This document shows, one piece after another, positions 9,377-19,739 of a stretch of 64,000 bases of DNA. Under the pieces are notes generated by a model. The model made no database searches, had not been told where the DNA came from, and worked only from the letters and a program-made list of their open reading frames with translations. Origin of the DNA: a virus (Duplodnaviria; Caudoviricetes); the IMG/VR virus record IMGVR_UViG_2756170199_000004, positions 6,382-70,381 of that record. The stretch is one strand, 5' to 3'. The translations under genes and the position numbers were made by a program. The first letter of the stretch is position 1. Every line of letters begins with the position of its first letter.

Positions 9377-12343
9377 CTAGCGGGTTGTCGCACTGTACGA
9401 GATGAAGGAGACGACCACGCTCTCCTTCACGCTCAGCGTGCCATCCGCGTTGGCCACGAGCTGGCGCGCAATCCCGAGCTGGGTTGAGCGGTCCACGAGC
9501 GTGACCGTATTCAGGTTCAGGGCGCCGCCCAGGCCCGATGCGACGAAGCTGATCACATCGTTTCCGTAGACGTCTTTCAGGGCCGAGGTAATGGCCGACA
9601 TCGAGACGACGTCGTTGGCCAGCTGGGCGTTGATGGTCGAGATTGTGATCGTCTGCAGTTGCTGCTTGAGGTCGTCGTTGGCGAAGACCGTTGGGGTGAC
9701 CAGACACGTTACCTGGAAGCTCTGTGCCGCGTCGATGTTGTAAAGGATACCGTCCGGTCCCCAGACCTGGACGCTGCCCATGTTCGCAACCGGATAGAAG
9801 AAGAGCGAGGTGAGCTCGAGGAGGCTGTCGTTGTAGGTCTCGAATTCTCCCGTCAACCAGCCGACCACGGTGCTCACCAGCTGTTCGATATAAGCGGGTG
9901 CTACCGAATCAGTCGCAAAGTGGTAGACCGCATCGATCATCATGATATCCAGTTCCTGGCTCACGCCTCGCGGATTCACCGGTACCGGATTGCCATTGAT
10001 GAGAATGACATCACCGACCTTGAACTGGTAGCTGGGTGTTCCGTCAGGATTGAGTACGGGATCGCCCTTGTAATACAGGATCGTGAATTGCGGCTGACCG
10101 TCGACGATCGTAATCGCACTGCCCGTCAACGGATCGATCTGGTAGACGTCCTGCGTATAGTAGTAAGGGATGTTGGTCTGGTAAGTCTGGTATTGCAGGG
10201 TCGATACGACTGTCCTGCACTGGGCCCAGAGCGTATCGAGATATTGCCCGAACTCGATGACGAGCTGCTCGTTGGTGATGCCCACAGTTCCTTCTGGTAC
10301 GAGAAAGACTCCGACCACACTATCGACCGCTGCCTTCTGCCACCCCGGCGGCATCGACGCATCCGTGGACCAGATGACGTCAAAGGTGGTCATGAGCGAC
10401 GCGGCGGTCAGACGCGGCGTCGCGTTGTACATGAAGAACTTCGTGAGAGACAGGTTACCGGCGGCATCGACATTAAAGTTTGTCGACAGGTCGAACGAGA
10501 AGAGCCGCTCACCGGCGCTGGTTTTGCCGGTCAGCACACCCTGCAGATATGCCCGCGCGGTTTCGCCGGGAGGCACGAACGAGAGCTGGCAATACACCTG
10601 GCTGTCGTCGATCGCCTGATACGCGGCGTTGGAAGTCGTCGCGAGCACGAGCTGGTAGCCAGTCGTCGTGCAGCTGAGCGTGTAGGTGTCGGTACTCACC
10701 TGAAGGCCCGTGCTGTCGTTCTCGCCAACCCAGAGTTTCGTGACGACAGCTGGAGCGTCAAGATGATAGGGGCGCCACGCGACCTCGTCGCCGGTGAGGT
10801 CGAGTACGTAGTAAAACGGACTGTACAGATATTTCCCGCTGGTGATCGCGAGCGCCTTGCTGCCCGGCGACATGGTAACGAGCTGGCTGACGATGCTGTC
10901 GCTGACCATCGAGACGACACCGTTGCTGTTCTGGTACAGGGCGGCGGGCGTCACGGTGATGCTCGAACCGTTATCGATCACGGCGCTGTTCTGGACTGCG
11001 TCGGCCGCGCTCAGGGTGACCGTCTCGATGGTGCTGGTCGCCGCGGTAATCAGGTTTGCGTCAGCCGGCTGCGGCATCGGGGCCGTGGCAAGAAACACCC
11101 GGTCGGTGATGTTGTCGATGTGCTTGACGACACCGAAGCCCTGTGCCCCAAGCACATCGTCGATCTGCGCCTGGGTGATCGGGATGGACTGCGGCCCGAC
11201 CGAGTTGTCGATGACCTGCTGGCGCAGCGTTGTGAAATCGACCGCATTGGTGCCGCCAAGCACGATCTGGTCCGAGTAGACGATCAGCGCCGAGAAGGTG
11301 GACATGGGTGCGGTGAAGATCGTTTCCTCGTTCTTGTCGATCGCGAGGAATGTGGCGCTGAACGCCGTCGGCGCGTAGTTCGACAGGTTCATGTTCAGCG
11401 GGCCTTTCGTCTCGTACAGGTCCACGCGGATGGTCTGGTTCAGCAGGCCCGAGCTCGTGTATATCTGCGGGATCGAAATGGTGGCCTGATTCGCACCGGT
11501 CTGTGTGTTGGTCGCGAGCGTGACGACCGCGGTGGGTGTGAGCGGATCGTAGATTTCGGTCGAGTAAGTGACGGCGATCTCGATCCACTGCCCCGTCGAC
11601 GGGTCCTGCGCATAGACGCGGCAGTAGTAGAGCTGGTCACGGATGGGGATGGTGAGCTGGAACGCCTTTGATGGAGTGCAGGGGCCAGTGCGCGAGATGA
11701 TGTCGAACTGCTGCAGCGCAAACTCCATGTAGATCCAGAGCTTGTCCTTGGCCTGTCGGTACTCCCAGGTCACGAGATTGGACGACAGCGCCTGCAACGG
11801 CGAGACGATGCTCGCGTCGTAGGTAATCGAAAGCCCCCCGTGTGTCATCTGCTCGATCACGACCGGGTACTGGAGACTGAACTGTACGTTGCCGACCGTA
11901 AAGTACGTGTTGCGCGGGATCACGAGCTTCTTGAGGCCCGTCGAAGGATCCAGGACGAGCTTGGCGAGCAGTTCGGTTTCGTCGACGATCATCGACCATG
12001 AAGTGAGCGCGGGGGTGGCAAAGCGGTTGACGTAGTCGACATCTGCCATGTGGATATACAGGTCGCTCATGAGCTGGGCCGCAACCGGATACTGCTTGCG
12101 GTTCAGGGCCTCGACCTTCTGCAGGAATGCCGCGACGTTCACTGCACCCGTTTCGATGGCGTGCACGAACGGGTTGCTCGGGTCCACGATGTTGACGAGC
12201 CCGCCAGTGACTTCCGCCAGGTAGTTGAAATTGACCTGGGCGATGAGTGAGGGGTTGTACTGGTAAAGCAGGATGTTCTGGATGAGGTCGTTGATGGTGG
12301 GGCTGCCCGAAGGCACCGACTGGATCGAGAGACTGTTGGACAT
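9377..12343 (-). CDS. Baseplate wedge-like virion protein (gp87-like)
   Basis: 988 aa, beta-rich; YNPSLIAQ..., YLHMAD-like motif (YIHMADVDY), VDNITDRVFLAT; synteny. Confidence 0.75.
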   Translation of the reverse strand: MSNSLSIQSVPSGSPTINDLIQNILLYQYNPSLIAQVNFNYLAEVTGGLVNIVDPSNPFVHAIETGAVNVAAFLQKVEALNRKQYPVAAQLMSDLYIHMADVDYVNRFATPALTSWSMIVDETELLAKLVLDPSTGLKKLVIPRNTYFTVGNVQFSLQYPVVIEQMTHGGLSITYDASIVSPLQALSSNLVTWEYRQAKDKLWIYMEFALQQFDIISRTGPCTPSKAFQLTIPIRDQLYYCRVYAQDPSTGQWIEIAVTYSTEIYDPLTPTAVVTLATNTQTGANQATISIPQIYTSSGLLNQTIRVDLYETKGPLNMNLSNYAPTAFSATFLAIDKNEETIFTAPMSTFSALIVYSDQIVLGGTNAVDFTTLRQQVIDNSVGPQSIPITQAQIDDVLGAQGFGVVKHIDNITDRVFLATAPMPQPADANLITAATSTIETVTLSAADAVQNSAVIDNGSSITVTPAALYQNSNGVVSMVSDSIVSQLVTMSPGSKALAITSGKYLYSPFYYVLDLTGDEVAWRPYHLDAPAVVTKLWVGENDSTGLQVSTDTYTLSCTTTGYQLVLATTSNAAYQAIDDSQVYCQLSFVPPGETARAYLQGVLTGKTSAGERLFSFDLSTNFNVDAAGNLSLTKFFMYNATPRLTAASLMTTFDVIWSTDASMPPGWQKAAVDSVVGVFLVPEGTVGITNEQLVIEFGQYLDTLWAQCRTVVSTLQYQTYQTNIPYYYTQDVYQIDPLTGSAITIVDGQPQFTILYYKGDPVLNPDGTPSYQFKVGDVILINGNPVPVNPRGVSQELDIMMIDAVYHFATDSVAPAYIEQLVSTVVGWLTGEFETYNDSLLELTSLFFYPVANMGSVQVWGPDGILYNIDAAQSFQVTCLVTPTVFANDDLKQQLQTITISTINAQLANDVVSMSAITSALKDVYGNDVISFVASGLGGALNLNTVTLVDRSTQLGIARQLVANADGTLSVKESVVVSFISYSATTR

Positions 12344-12385
12344 CGCTTCCTCGCGTGCACCCTGCTGCGTACTTCAGCAAACCCG

Positions 12386-13642
12386 TCAGGCGGTGGTGCC
12401 CGCGCCGAAGTTCAGCAGACCAAGCGTGCCGGCGCTGGTGCCACCACCGGTAGTGGCCAGGTTGCCGGATGGTTCACCGTTCTGGTTCTGTCCTGTTGGA
12501 AAGAGCGGCGTCGAGAGCTGGTTCTGCAGGTTCGTGAGCCAGGCAATGAGCTGCTGGTAGAGCTGGTTATCGACCCACCACTCCAGTTCCCAGGTGTCCG
12601 GATTGATCCACGGATAGCCCTGGTGATTAAAGAGCTGGAGAGCGGCCATCGGCACCTTCGTGCATGACATCGTGCGCAGGCCATCGGCCATGGCTGGATT
12701 GAACAGCGCCACGGTCGAGTTGAACGTATAGAGCAGGATCGGATCCTGATAGATCGCGCCGACACAGTGCATCGGAATGCTGATCTGTTCGTGCGACTGG
12801 TTCAGCGGGCTCTGGCTGTCGTAGTTGAAGGCGGCGCCGTTGGCTGGTGAATAGGGAAAGCATGCGCCGCACGCAGCGATCTTCTGGACCTTCGTCTTGG
12901 TGACATCGAGCACGAGCCGGTAGATGCGCGTCTGGTAGTCGACCTCGTTGTCAATGATCATGTCCGGGTACGGCATGAGCGTGCCCCGGAACACGTGCGA
13001 CATGTACATCGCCCAGTAAAAGAAGAGCGCGGTGACCGGGTCACCCTGCATGTTGCGGAACGTGAGCGTGACATCGTATGCCGAATAAATCTCGGTAATG
13101 CCGTCCACCAGAGAAAAGGCTTCCTTGCAGACCCCCTCGTGTGACGTCGTGTATGGCACGGTGATATCGGGCCAGCCCGCGGCCGACAACAGCATGTTGG
13201 TGAGAATGGGAATGAAGGCCGAGAGCGGATCGACAAACGGAGAATTGATGCCTGTTGCCGGGTCGCGATTGCTGTCCGGATCGAGATAACAACGAATAAT
13301 TCTTTGAATGCTGTAGGGGTTGGTATTGGTGAGCGGATTGAAGATCCGCTCTGCTCTCAGGTTGCCCTGCGAGAGATTCAGGCGAGGACGCGTGAAAAAC
13401 GTGAGACCGAAGGTGTCCTTGTTGATCGGGATTGCCTGGGGGGTCAACCGGTGATTGATCCCGTAGTACGCGTTGCGTAACGCATTGATGCCACGTGCAC
13501 CCTGCGGCAGGGTCAGCAGCAGCGTATCGACTGCCTGTTCGGCGGTGATGCCAGCCTGGCTGAAAACATCATCAAGACTGAGCTGGGCGTAGGAAGTGGA
13601 CGCGTCCGGATCCGGCGCGCCCGAAGCGTTGATCTCGGACAT
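12386..13642 (-). CDS. Tail/baseplate structural protein (gp88-like)
   Basis: YYGINHR, GLTFFTRPRLNLS, GWPD, CGACFP motifs; co-oriented with the gp87-like gene. Confidence 0.7.
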   Translation of the reverse strand: MSEINASGAPDPDASTSYAQLSLDDVFSQAGITAEQAVDTLLLTLPQGARGINALRNAYYGINHRLTPQAIPINKDTFGLTFFTRPRLNLSQGNLRAERIFNPLTNTNPYSIQRIIRCYLDPDSNRDPATGINSPFVDPLSAFIPILTNMLLSAAGWPDITVPYTTSHEGVCKEAFSLVDGITEIYSAYDVTLTFRNMQGDPVTALFFYWAMYMSHVFRGTLMPYPDMIIDNEVDYQTRIYRLVLDVTKTKVQKIAACGACFPYSPANGAAFNYDSQSPLNQSHEQISIPMHCVGAIYQDPILLYTFNSTVALFNPAMADGLRTMSCTKVPMAALQLFNHQGYPWINPDTWELEWWVDNQLYQQLIAWLTNLQNQLSTPLFPTGQNQNGEPSGNLATTGGGTSAGTLGLLNFGAGTTA

Positions 13643-13680
13643 GGGCGTTCCCGTGCGTACCGGAATGAGGAGAACTGGCG

Positions 13681-15039
13681 ATGGCTGATCCCGTTAGCGC
13701 GGCTGCTGCGAGCCAGGTGGGCTTGAGCGCCATTAACGCGATAATCCAGAACGTGAATCTGCTGGCGAAAGAGGGTGCCCGACACGACTCTCTCGTTTCA
13801 TTCACCCAGGCGGCACGCGTGGAGCCGCTGGTACTGGTCGACACCGGTGTTCTGTTCGATGATGTCTTGCCCGATGTCATGCAGTCGTTGAGCAACATCT
13901 TCGCTGGCTACTATCTCCAGGCGGTGTCGCTGAATTCGACCATTGGCAATGCGAAGGTGGCACGGGTGCTGGGGACATTCAATCCGAAGCGGGAGTTCGG
14001 CGCATCCGATGTGATTGCAGGAGCGAGCTCCGCGCTGGCTCAGGCACATCACATGATGACGGCGAAAGAAGCCTACCGGGACCGGCTGCCAACTGGCTGG
14101 AGCAGCGCGCTGGAATCAGATGGTGGGCAGGTCGATCCGGATGACGATCTGATTCGCAGGATGAAGCAGTCGAGTGACAAGCGACGATATGAGCGCGAAT
14201 TCCATCCCGACGAGGACGCGATTCACTCGATGAAACGTGAAAGCGAGAAGCAGCGACTCAAACGCGAGCTTCATCCCGATGAGGAGAAGCTTGGCAGGAT
14301 GAAGCGGGAAAGCGAGCTGCAGCGCATGGAGCGCGAAAACGCCGATCGCAAGCGCCTGGAGATGTCGTTCGGCAAAGACACGCTCACAACGCTCAAGGAG
14401 AACGTTGATCTTTCCGTGGGCAAGATCTTTGACGTGACGATCAGGCACGAGGACCGGACCCTTACGGTGCCGGTCTCGATCCGGCTGGTCGTCAATACCA
14501 TTCCGACCGAAACGCTGGTTCGCATCCTCTCTCCAGGGGAAGAGGCCAATTCGTCCAAAGAGCGTTATCACGCCTGGAAGGCAGGGCGACTCGCGTTCTG
14601 GAAGGACATGATCCTGTGCCGGGACCTGGTCGATGCACACCGCAAGAACCTGATGGCCGACGGCGACAAGCTGTTCGCCAATATCGTGGCGCGGGAACGC
14701 AAGAATGCTTTTGCTGCAGTCTTCGGCGGCAATCCATCGGTTGCCTCAGCATCGAACATGGTGGTGATGTCGGCAAGTACCGTGTCGGCGCTCGAGATGG
14801 ATCTGAGTGGGCGATTCGCGGACTTTCATGTGCGCCAGAAGATCTTCGAGCGCACGTCGCTCATGATCGTGGCCGTGATCGACCGCGAATGGGCCCGCGT
14901 GGAGTTCTTCCACCGCGGCATTCCGGAGGTGAGCAACCTGAGCTTCAAGGATATCAAGGGCTACAGCAAGGGAAAGAGCGGCCCGGATGTCGCGGAAATC
15001 CTCCACGCCTACAGCATGGTTTCGGCTCCCCGCCTCTGA
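13681..15039 (+). CDS. Inner-head protein (gp89-like) with internal 3x23-aa repeat
   Basis: SFTQAARVEPLVLVD, FAGYYLQAV, ALE-S site, YSKGKSGPDVAEIL C-terminus; synteny. Confidence 0.75.
   Translation: MADPVSAAAASQVGLSAINAIIQNVNLLAKEGARHDSLVSFTQAARVEPLVLVDTGVLFDDVLPDVMQSLSNIFAGYYLQAVSLNSTIGNAKVARVLGTFNPKREFGASDVIAGASSALAQAHHMMTAKEAYRDRLPTGWSSALESDGGQVDPDDDLIRRMKQSSDKRRYEREFHPDEDAIHSMKRESEKQRLKRELHPDEEKLGRMKRESELQRMERENADRKRLEMSFGKDTLTTLKENVDLSVGKIFDVTIRHEDRTLTVPVSIRLVVNTIPTETLVRILSPGEEANSSKERYHAWKAGRLAFWKDMILCRDLVDAHRKNLMADGDKLFANIVARERKNAFAAVFGGNPSVASASNMVVMSASTVSALEMDLSGRFADFHVRQKIFERTSLMIVAVIDREWARVEFFHRGIPEVSNLSFKDIKGYSKGKSGPDVAEILHAYSMVSAPRL
14134..14340 (+). repeat. Three tandem 69-bp (23-aa) coding repeats
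   Basis: DPDDDLIRRMKQSSDKRRYEREF / HPDEDAIHSMKRESEKQRLKREL / HPDEEKLGRMKRESELQRMEREN. Confidence 0.85.
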
Positions 15040-15117
15040 AGCCTGGACCAGGATGCCCCGTTGTGCGCTCCTCCCATCCAGTCAGCTGTGCCAGCGTGAC
15101 CGCAACCGGAACGTGCC

Positions 15118-16008
15118 ATGAAATTCATCTCCTACGTCACTACCCTCTTTCCGAGGCTACGCCGCGACATGGTGCTCGACGACATCCGCAATACACGGGT
15201 GGAGCTCACGACGTCGACTATTCCTGCTTTCAGTGCGGCGACGGAACTGCTCGGCAAGTGGAAGTGGAAATCGGACCCGATGCAGGGATACGCGGCAAGC
15301 TTCGCCCAGCTGGTCGGCAGAGGGAGCCTGTTCGAGACCATCGAGCGCGGCCTGAAGGAATCGGAAGCGACACTGGCGCTCGCCGAAACGTATGTGACAA
15401 AGACCTATAACGAGGAAATCTCGCCCGAAGCGCTGACTTTCCGCAAAGCCAACGTACTACAGTTTATCGAGGCGGTCGCCTTTGTGTCCCGCTTCGCGCG
15501 CAAGCTCGCGAACTTTGCGCTCGTCGTGGAGGCCCTTCCGTTCGCCGAAGAAGAGGATACGTTCGCACACGCGCTGCAGCCGGGCGAAGTCAAGTGGATC
15601 GACGATAACTTCGTATCATTCTGCACTGCGTTTCGCGCGGTGTCCGCGCCGGTGAAGAAGATTGAGGAAACCTTCGAGGCGATTCCCGATATCCTGGTCA
15701 AGACCGCGGACGCGACAGCATTGAAGGAAACGATCGGAGATGCGAAGCTCGATCCGTTCCGCTTCGGGTTCGTGCCGCTGAAGATGAACCCGTTCTACAG
15801 TCTCGGTAAATGGCAGGCCGAGTGGCAGGTGCAGCGTTTTAACGAAGCAAAAGATGAACTCAAGCTTGTCCAGCTGCGCAGACTCAAGCTGGAAAAGCTC
15901 GTGGAGAAGAAACCCGATGCGGCACTCGAACACGAGATCGAGTACATGGAAAACCGGGTGCAGGGGCTGAACGCCCGAATCGCCAGGATGGAGGCCGAGT
16001 ATGCGTGA
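15118..16008 (+). CDS. Inner-head/inner-body protein (gp90-like)
   Basis: FVPLKMNPFYSLG and C-terminal coiled coil DAALEHEIEY; synteny. Confidence 0.7.
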   Translation: MKFISYVTTLFPRLRRDMVLDDIRNTRVELTTSTIPAFSAATELLGKWKWKSDPMQGYAASFAQLVGRGSLFETIERGLKESEATLALAETYVTKTYNEEISPEALTFRKANVLQFIEAVAFVSRFARKLANFALVVEALPFAEEEDTFAHALQPGEVKWIDDNFVSFCTAFRAVSAPVKKIEETFEAIPDILVKTADATALKETIGDAKLDPFRFGFVPLKMNPFYSLGKWQAEWQVQRFNEAKDELKLVQLRRLKLEKLVEKKPDAALEHEIEYMENRVQGLNARIARMEAEYA

Positions 16009-16669
16009 TCCCGTACATGAGCCCGCGTACGAGAGCGTGCCGGATCTCCGCGCCGGCAACCCCGGTGGTCCCGCCACCCTGCGCCTCTACCCTCGCGGAT
16101 TTCTGGGCCGCCCCCTGTCGCCGCGTCTTGCCGTCAAGCCCCGCCCTTTTGACGTGCGCATTCGTACTACCCCCATCGCCAGTGTCGTCACGCCCCAACA
16201 GGGCATCGCCGAGGCCAACGCCGCGGTAGAAATGCTCCACGCCCAGTATGTCAGGCGGGCTGCTGTCACGATGTCCTTCGAGTTTCGCGAGAAGGTCCTG
16301 ATTGCTGCACTGGATGCCTTTGGCACGGTGAGCTTCACCGACTGGTACCACTCGCAGCCGGAAAGCCCCGCATTTGGCGACACGCACCAGCGATTCCTTG
16401 ATGATACGTTGCGCTTCATCATGCAAGGGCGGCGTTACCTTTCGCTTGAATCGTGGGCGAGCTTCCTGCTGCCGTCCGACGCCGGCATCCGGCCCGTTGA
16501 GGCAGGCGAGATCGAGGAAGAGTTTTTCAGCTATATGGAATCGGCCCAGCCCGTGACAGGCGGGACCGGTACCGTGCTGCTTGCCGATGTCATCCAGCAA
16601 TGGACCTCCCGGCCAGGTGGTATTGAGGACCTTCTCGGCACGTTGCACCTGCTCTTTGGCAACCTTTGA
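16001..16669 (+). CDS. Conserved phiKZ-like virion protein (gp91/92 region)
   Basis: Overlaps the previous stop; LYPRGF...IQQWTSRPGGIEDLLGTLHLLFG. Confidence 0.65.
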   Translation: MRDPVHEPAYESVPDLRAGNPGGPATLRLYPRGFLGRPLSPRLAVKPRPFDVRIRTTPIASVVTPQQGIAEANAAVEMLHAQYVRRAAVTMSFEFREKVLIAALDAFGTVSFTDWYHSQPESPAFGDTHQRFLDDTLRFIMQGRRYLSLESWASFLLPSDAGIRPVEAGEIEEEFFSYMESAQPVTGGTGTVLLADVIQQWTSRPGGIEDLLGTLHLLFGNL

Positions 16670-16826
16670 GCCCGGCTTCGTTCGCCTGCCTGCTTTTCTC
16701 CACTGCTCCTTTCCATTGAATTGTATAGCCGACGCTTTCGGCAGGATTCACCGTGCCTGAGGCGTATCCCTCGCGGATAACAATCCGGAGTCCTTTTTAT
16801 TTGCCCCGTGCAATGGGAGTACCAGC

Positions 16827-18149
16827 ATGCGTCGCATTACACATCGTGGTCTTGTGGCAGCCATGGAGGAAGAGGAGCTTCTGCAGGAGGAGGAGCAACC
16901 GGAGCCGGTGGAAGACCTCGCCAATTCACAGGAAGAAGGACTCACTGAAATTGTCGAGGACGAGGCAGCCCTCGATGAGCACGATGCATTGACCGACGAA
17001 GCGGTCGAGACCGTGGAGGCGCTCGAAGCGTTGCATGAGCACCTGAGGGTGTCGCTCGAATCGGGTGGTCTCGACCAGGCGGGCGCCGGCGTGCTCGACA
17101 TCAGCCTGAAGCACATGTACCACCGCCTCGGTGTGAAAACTGTCAGGGTGATGCCGGCGCTCGAATCGTTCGGTTCGATTGCGCGGCGCAGCGACGCGAC
17201 GAAGATCGCCATGGAAGAAGTGGGCGAGCAGGTCAGGAAGGCCTGGGACACGATCATGGCGGCGATCAGGAAGGCGATCGAGTGGGTCAAGGGCTTCATC
17301 AAGAAGCTTTTCGACAACGTAGAGGCGATGACGAGCCGCGCGAAGTCGCTCAAGGAGGCGGCTGGCAAGATCGAGGGGGAGCCCAAGGAACGGGAGATCA
17401 AGAATTCGGGCCTTGCCGGCGCGCTTCAGATTGGTGGACGCGTTCCGAACGATGCGTCGGCATCGGCACGCGTGCTGGAAGTCACGGAAAAGCTCTTCGG
17501 CGCGTACGGCAAACTGGTGGACGGCATCAAACAGGCTGCGCTCAATCCCGACAAACTGCTCGACGAATCGGCGGGGGCGGAGTTCGCGAAGAATTTCACG
17601 CCGGAAAACTTCGGCATGCAACCGGTGCATGACCCGTCGTCACAGGGAATTCCGGCAGCCGAAGGCGCGGTCGTTGGACGTTCGGCCGAGCTTCCCGGCG
17701 GCAAGGCCATTGTTATGGTTGTGACGCCCAGCCTTGACGGCTCCAACGCGGGACTGCTTCCCTTTAACAAGCAGGCTTCGGAGTTCAAGGGCGAAGCCGT
17801 GCCGGTGCTGGGACGCGATGGTGCCGGTGGCATCTGTGACAACGTGATCAAGCTCGGTGACGTGATCCGGCAGAAGCAGTCGCTCGCGAAGGAATCGGAA
17901 TCGGCGAAAGCGGAGCTGGTGCGCGTTTGCGAGAAGGCTGCGCGTTCCGAAGACGGGAAGGCTGGTGCAGTGAAGGCCGTGCGCGGCCTGCTGAAGCTCC
18001 TCGACGCACCGTTCGTCGCGATGACCTCCTACGCCGTAAAAACCGGCAAATCGCTCAACCAGCACGTCGAGCAGTCGATTCGTGCCTATGGTCCTGCCAC
18101 GGGTGGCGCGACCGAGGAGAAGAAGGAGGAAGAAAAGGCGGCGGCCTGA
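16827..18149 (+). CDS. Inner-body head protein, gp93-97 paralog family
   Basis: Glu-rich propeptide; SLE-S, ALE-S and AME-E sites; amphipathic helix; SAELPGGKAI. Confidence 0.8.
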   Translation: MRRITHRGLVAAMEEEELLQEEEQPEPVEDLANSQEEGLTEIVEDEAALDEHDALTDEAVETVEALEALHEHLRVSLESGGLDQAGAGVLDISLKHMYHRLGVKTVRVMPALESFGSIARRSDATKIAMEEVGEQVRKAWDTIMAAIRKAIEWVKGFIKKLFDNVEAMTSRAKSLKEAAGKIEGEPKEREIKNSGLAGALQIGGRVPNDASASARVLEVTEKLFGAYGKLVDGIKQAALNPDKLLDESAGAEFAKNFTPENFGMQPVHDPSSQGIPAAEGAVVGRSAELPGGKAIVMVVTPSLDGSNAGLLPFNKQASEFKGEAVPVLGRDGAGGICDNVIKLGDVIRQKQSLAKESESAKAELVRVCEKAARSEDGKAGAVKAVRGLLKLLDAPFVAMTSYAVKTGKSLNQHVEQSIRAYGPATGGATEEKKEEEKAAA

Positions 18150-18296
18150 ACTGACGTTACCCGCATGCACGCGGCGAGGCGCGGGGCCGTGCGCTGGTCC
18201 ATCATGAGTCCACGCGCGGGTCCTTCCATCCGGCAGGTACGTCCCATGCCTGGGTGTAACAGGCGTGACCCTGTCTTTTACCAGCAGGTGCGCAAG

Positions 18297-19658
18297 ATGC
18301 GCAAATTCATTGTCGCGCTGGAGTCGTACCAGGCTCCTGATCTCGCGATTTCGCTGGAAGAGGAAGTGCTCCTCATCGACGAAAACGCACGGGAGGAGGC
18401 CCAGATCCAGACGGATCTGGGCGAAGTCAACCGGGGGCTTGATACCGCGGACGCGCTGGAAGACCTTGCTGTTGTTGCTGGCAACATCGAGGATGCCAGT
18501 GAGCAGGAAACGCAGCTCATCGACACGTGCGCCCAGATGGCCACGACCGGCACGGACGTACAGCCTGAAGAGTTCATGCCACCGGCCGAACGCGCCGAAG
18601 ACGGAACGGTGGCCACCGAAGGCTTCCGGGAGACTGCCCGAAGCATTATCGACACGATCCTGAAGTACGTCGCGAAGATCTGGGATGCGTTCACCGGATG
18701 GCTCAAACGCACGTTCACCCTGATTGGACGCACCCGCGCGCGTCTGGACAGCCTCAGGAAATATCTGGCGAGCGTACAGAAAGAGAAGTCGCCGCTCAAG
18801 GAGGGGGCAACCGTTAGTGTGTTCGACGAGTCTGGCTACCAGCCTGTCAAGGATGGCCGGGCCTACGTGGAGCTGAACCGCGACTGGTCGAAGATGACGG
18901 AGTGGGTCTTCGGCGAGTACGGGCGGTATGTGCTCGCCATGGGGGGTAAGGCTGTCAAAGGCATAGAGGCCTTTGATGCGCAGCATGCGGAAGAGTCCGC
19001 CACGAAGCTGCGATCGGATCTCACGAGCGTGAAGCTTGCAAAGATGCCGGGCGCGCGCCGCGCGAAACGCGTGGGTAATCTTGATGTGGAGATCTCCGAC
19101 GACCTGCCCCACAACAAGGTGCTGATGGTCTCGGACCTGCAACACGACGGCGAAGCCTCCACCCTTTCGGTGCTGGAGAAGCTGCGTACGCATCAGGTAC
19201 AACTCGTTGATGCGCGCGCCGGGGAGGTCAGCCGGCGCAGTGAACACGTGGCGCAGTGCAAGCCACTCGCGTTCGACGAGATGGTGGCGCTTGCCGACGA
19301 GTTCGAGACGCAGCTGCGCGCAGTCGAGAAGTTCACAAGCTCGAATCGTGAAGGCGAGCTTCAGCGCACGCGCAAGTCGCTCGCCGCTGCTTCGAAAAAG
19401 GCCGAGGCATCATTGGGCAAGCTTGATACCGCCGAGAATCCCGCGCATAGCAAGGTGGTGGAAACCTACTATCGGGCGACGCTCGCATTCAATGCCGCGT
19501 TCGTCAACTGGATCAACCAGCCGCTCCTGACCGTGTCGAGCCTCGCACTCACGAATGTGCGATCGGGGCTTGTGCGCATCCAGGAATCGCTCAAATGTTA
19601 CGAGCTCAAGTCGGGCTTCACCGTTCCCGTTTCGCCGCACGCTGCGTTGCCGGCGTAG
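18297..19658 (+). CDS. Inner-body head protein, gp93-97 paralog family
   Basis: ALE-S, SLE-E, ATE-G then ETARSIIDTILKYVAKIWDAFTGWL; start moved to ATG 18297. Confidence 0.8.
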   Translation: MRKFIVALESYQAPDLAISLEEEVLLIDENAREEAQIQTDLGEVNRGLDTADALEDLAVVAGNIEDASEQETQLIDTCAQMATTGTDVQPEEFMPPAERAEDGTVATEGFRETARSIIDTILKYVAKIWDAFTGWLKRTFTLIGRTRARLDSLRKYLASVQKEKSPLKEGATVSVFDESGYQPVKDGRAYVELNRDWSKMTEWVFGEYGRYVLAMGGKAVKGIEAFDAQHAEESATKLRSDLTSVKLAKMPGARRAKRVGNLDVEISDDLPHNKVLMVSDLQHDGEASTLSVLEKLRTHQVQLVDARAGEVSRRSEHVAQCKPLAFDEMVALADEFETQLRAVEKFTSSNREGELQRTRKSLAAASKKAEASLGKLDTAENPAHSKVVETYYRATLAFNAAFVNWINQPLLTVSSLALTNVRSGLVRIQESLKCYELKSGFTVPVSPHAALPA

Positions 19659-19739
19659 TAACCGGTGGGCCATGACGGCAGACACGCGTGCTGGCCAGCG
19701 AGTACCAGTGATGAGCCAGCCTCATGTGGAGGAAAGAGC

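Noticed and set aside
9659-11671. Long antisense ORFs (also 17640-19247, 21738-23261, 23162-24520, 25211-26434, 51719-52747, 53764-54858, 60924-62627)
   Set aside because: They mirror well-supported genes on the other strand, lack motifs and RBSs, and are expected from GC-rich codon bias
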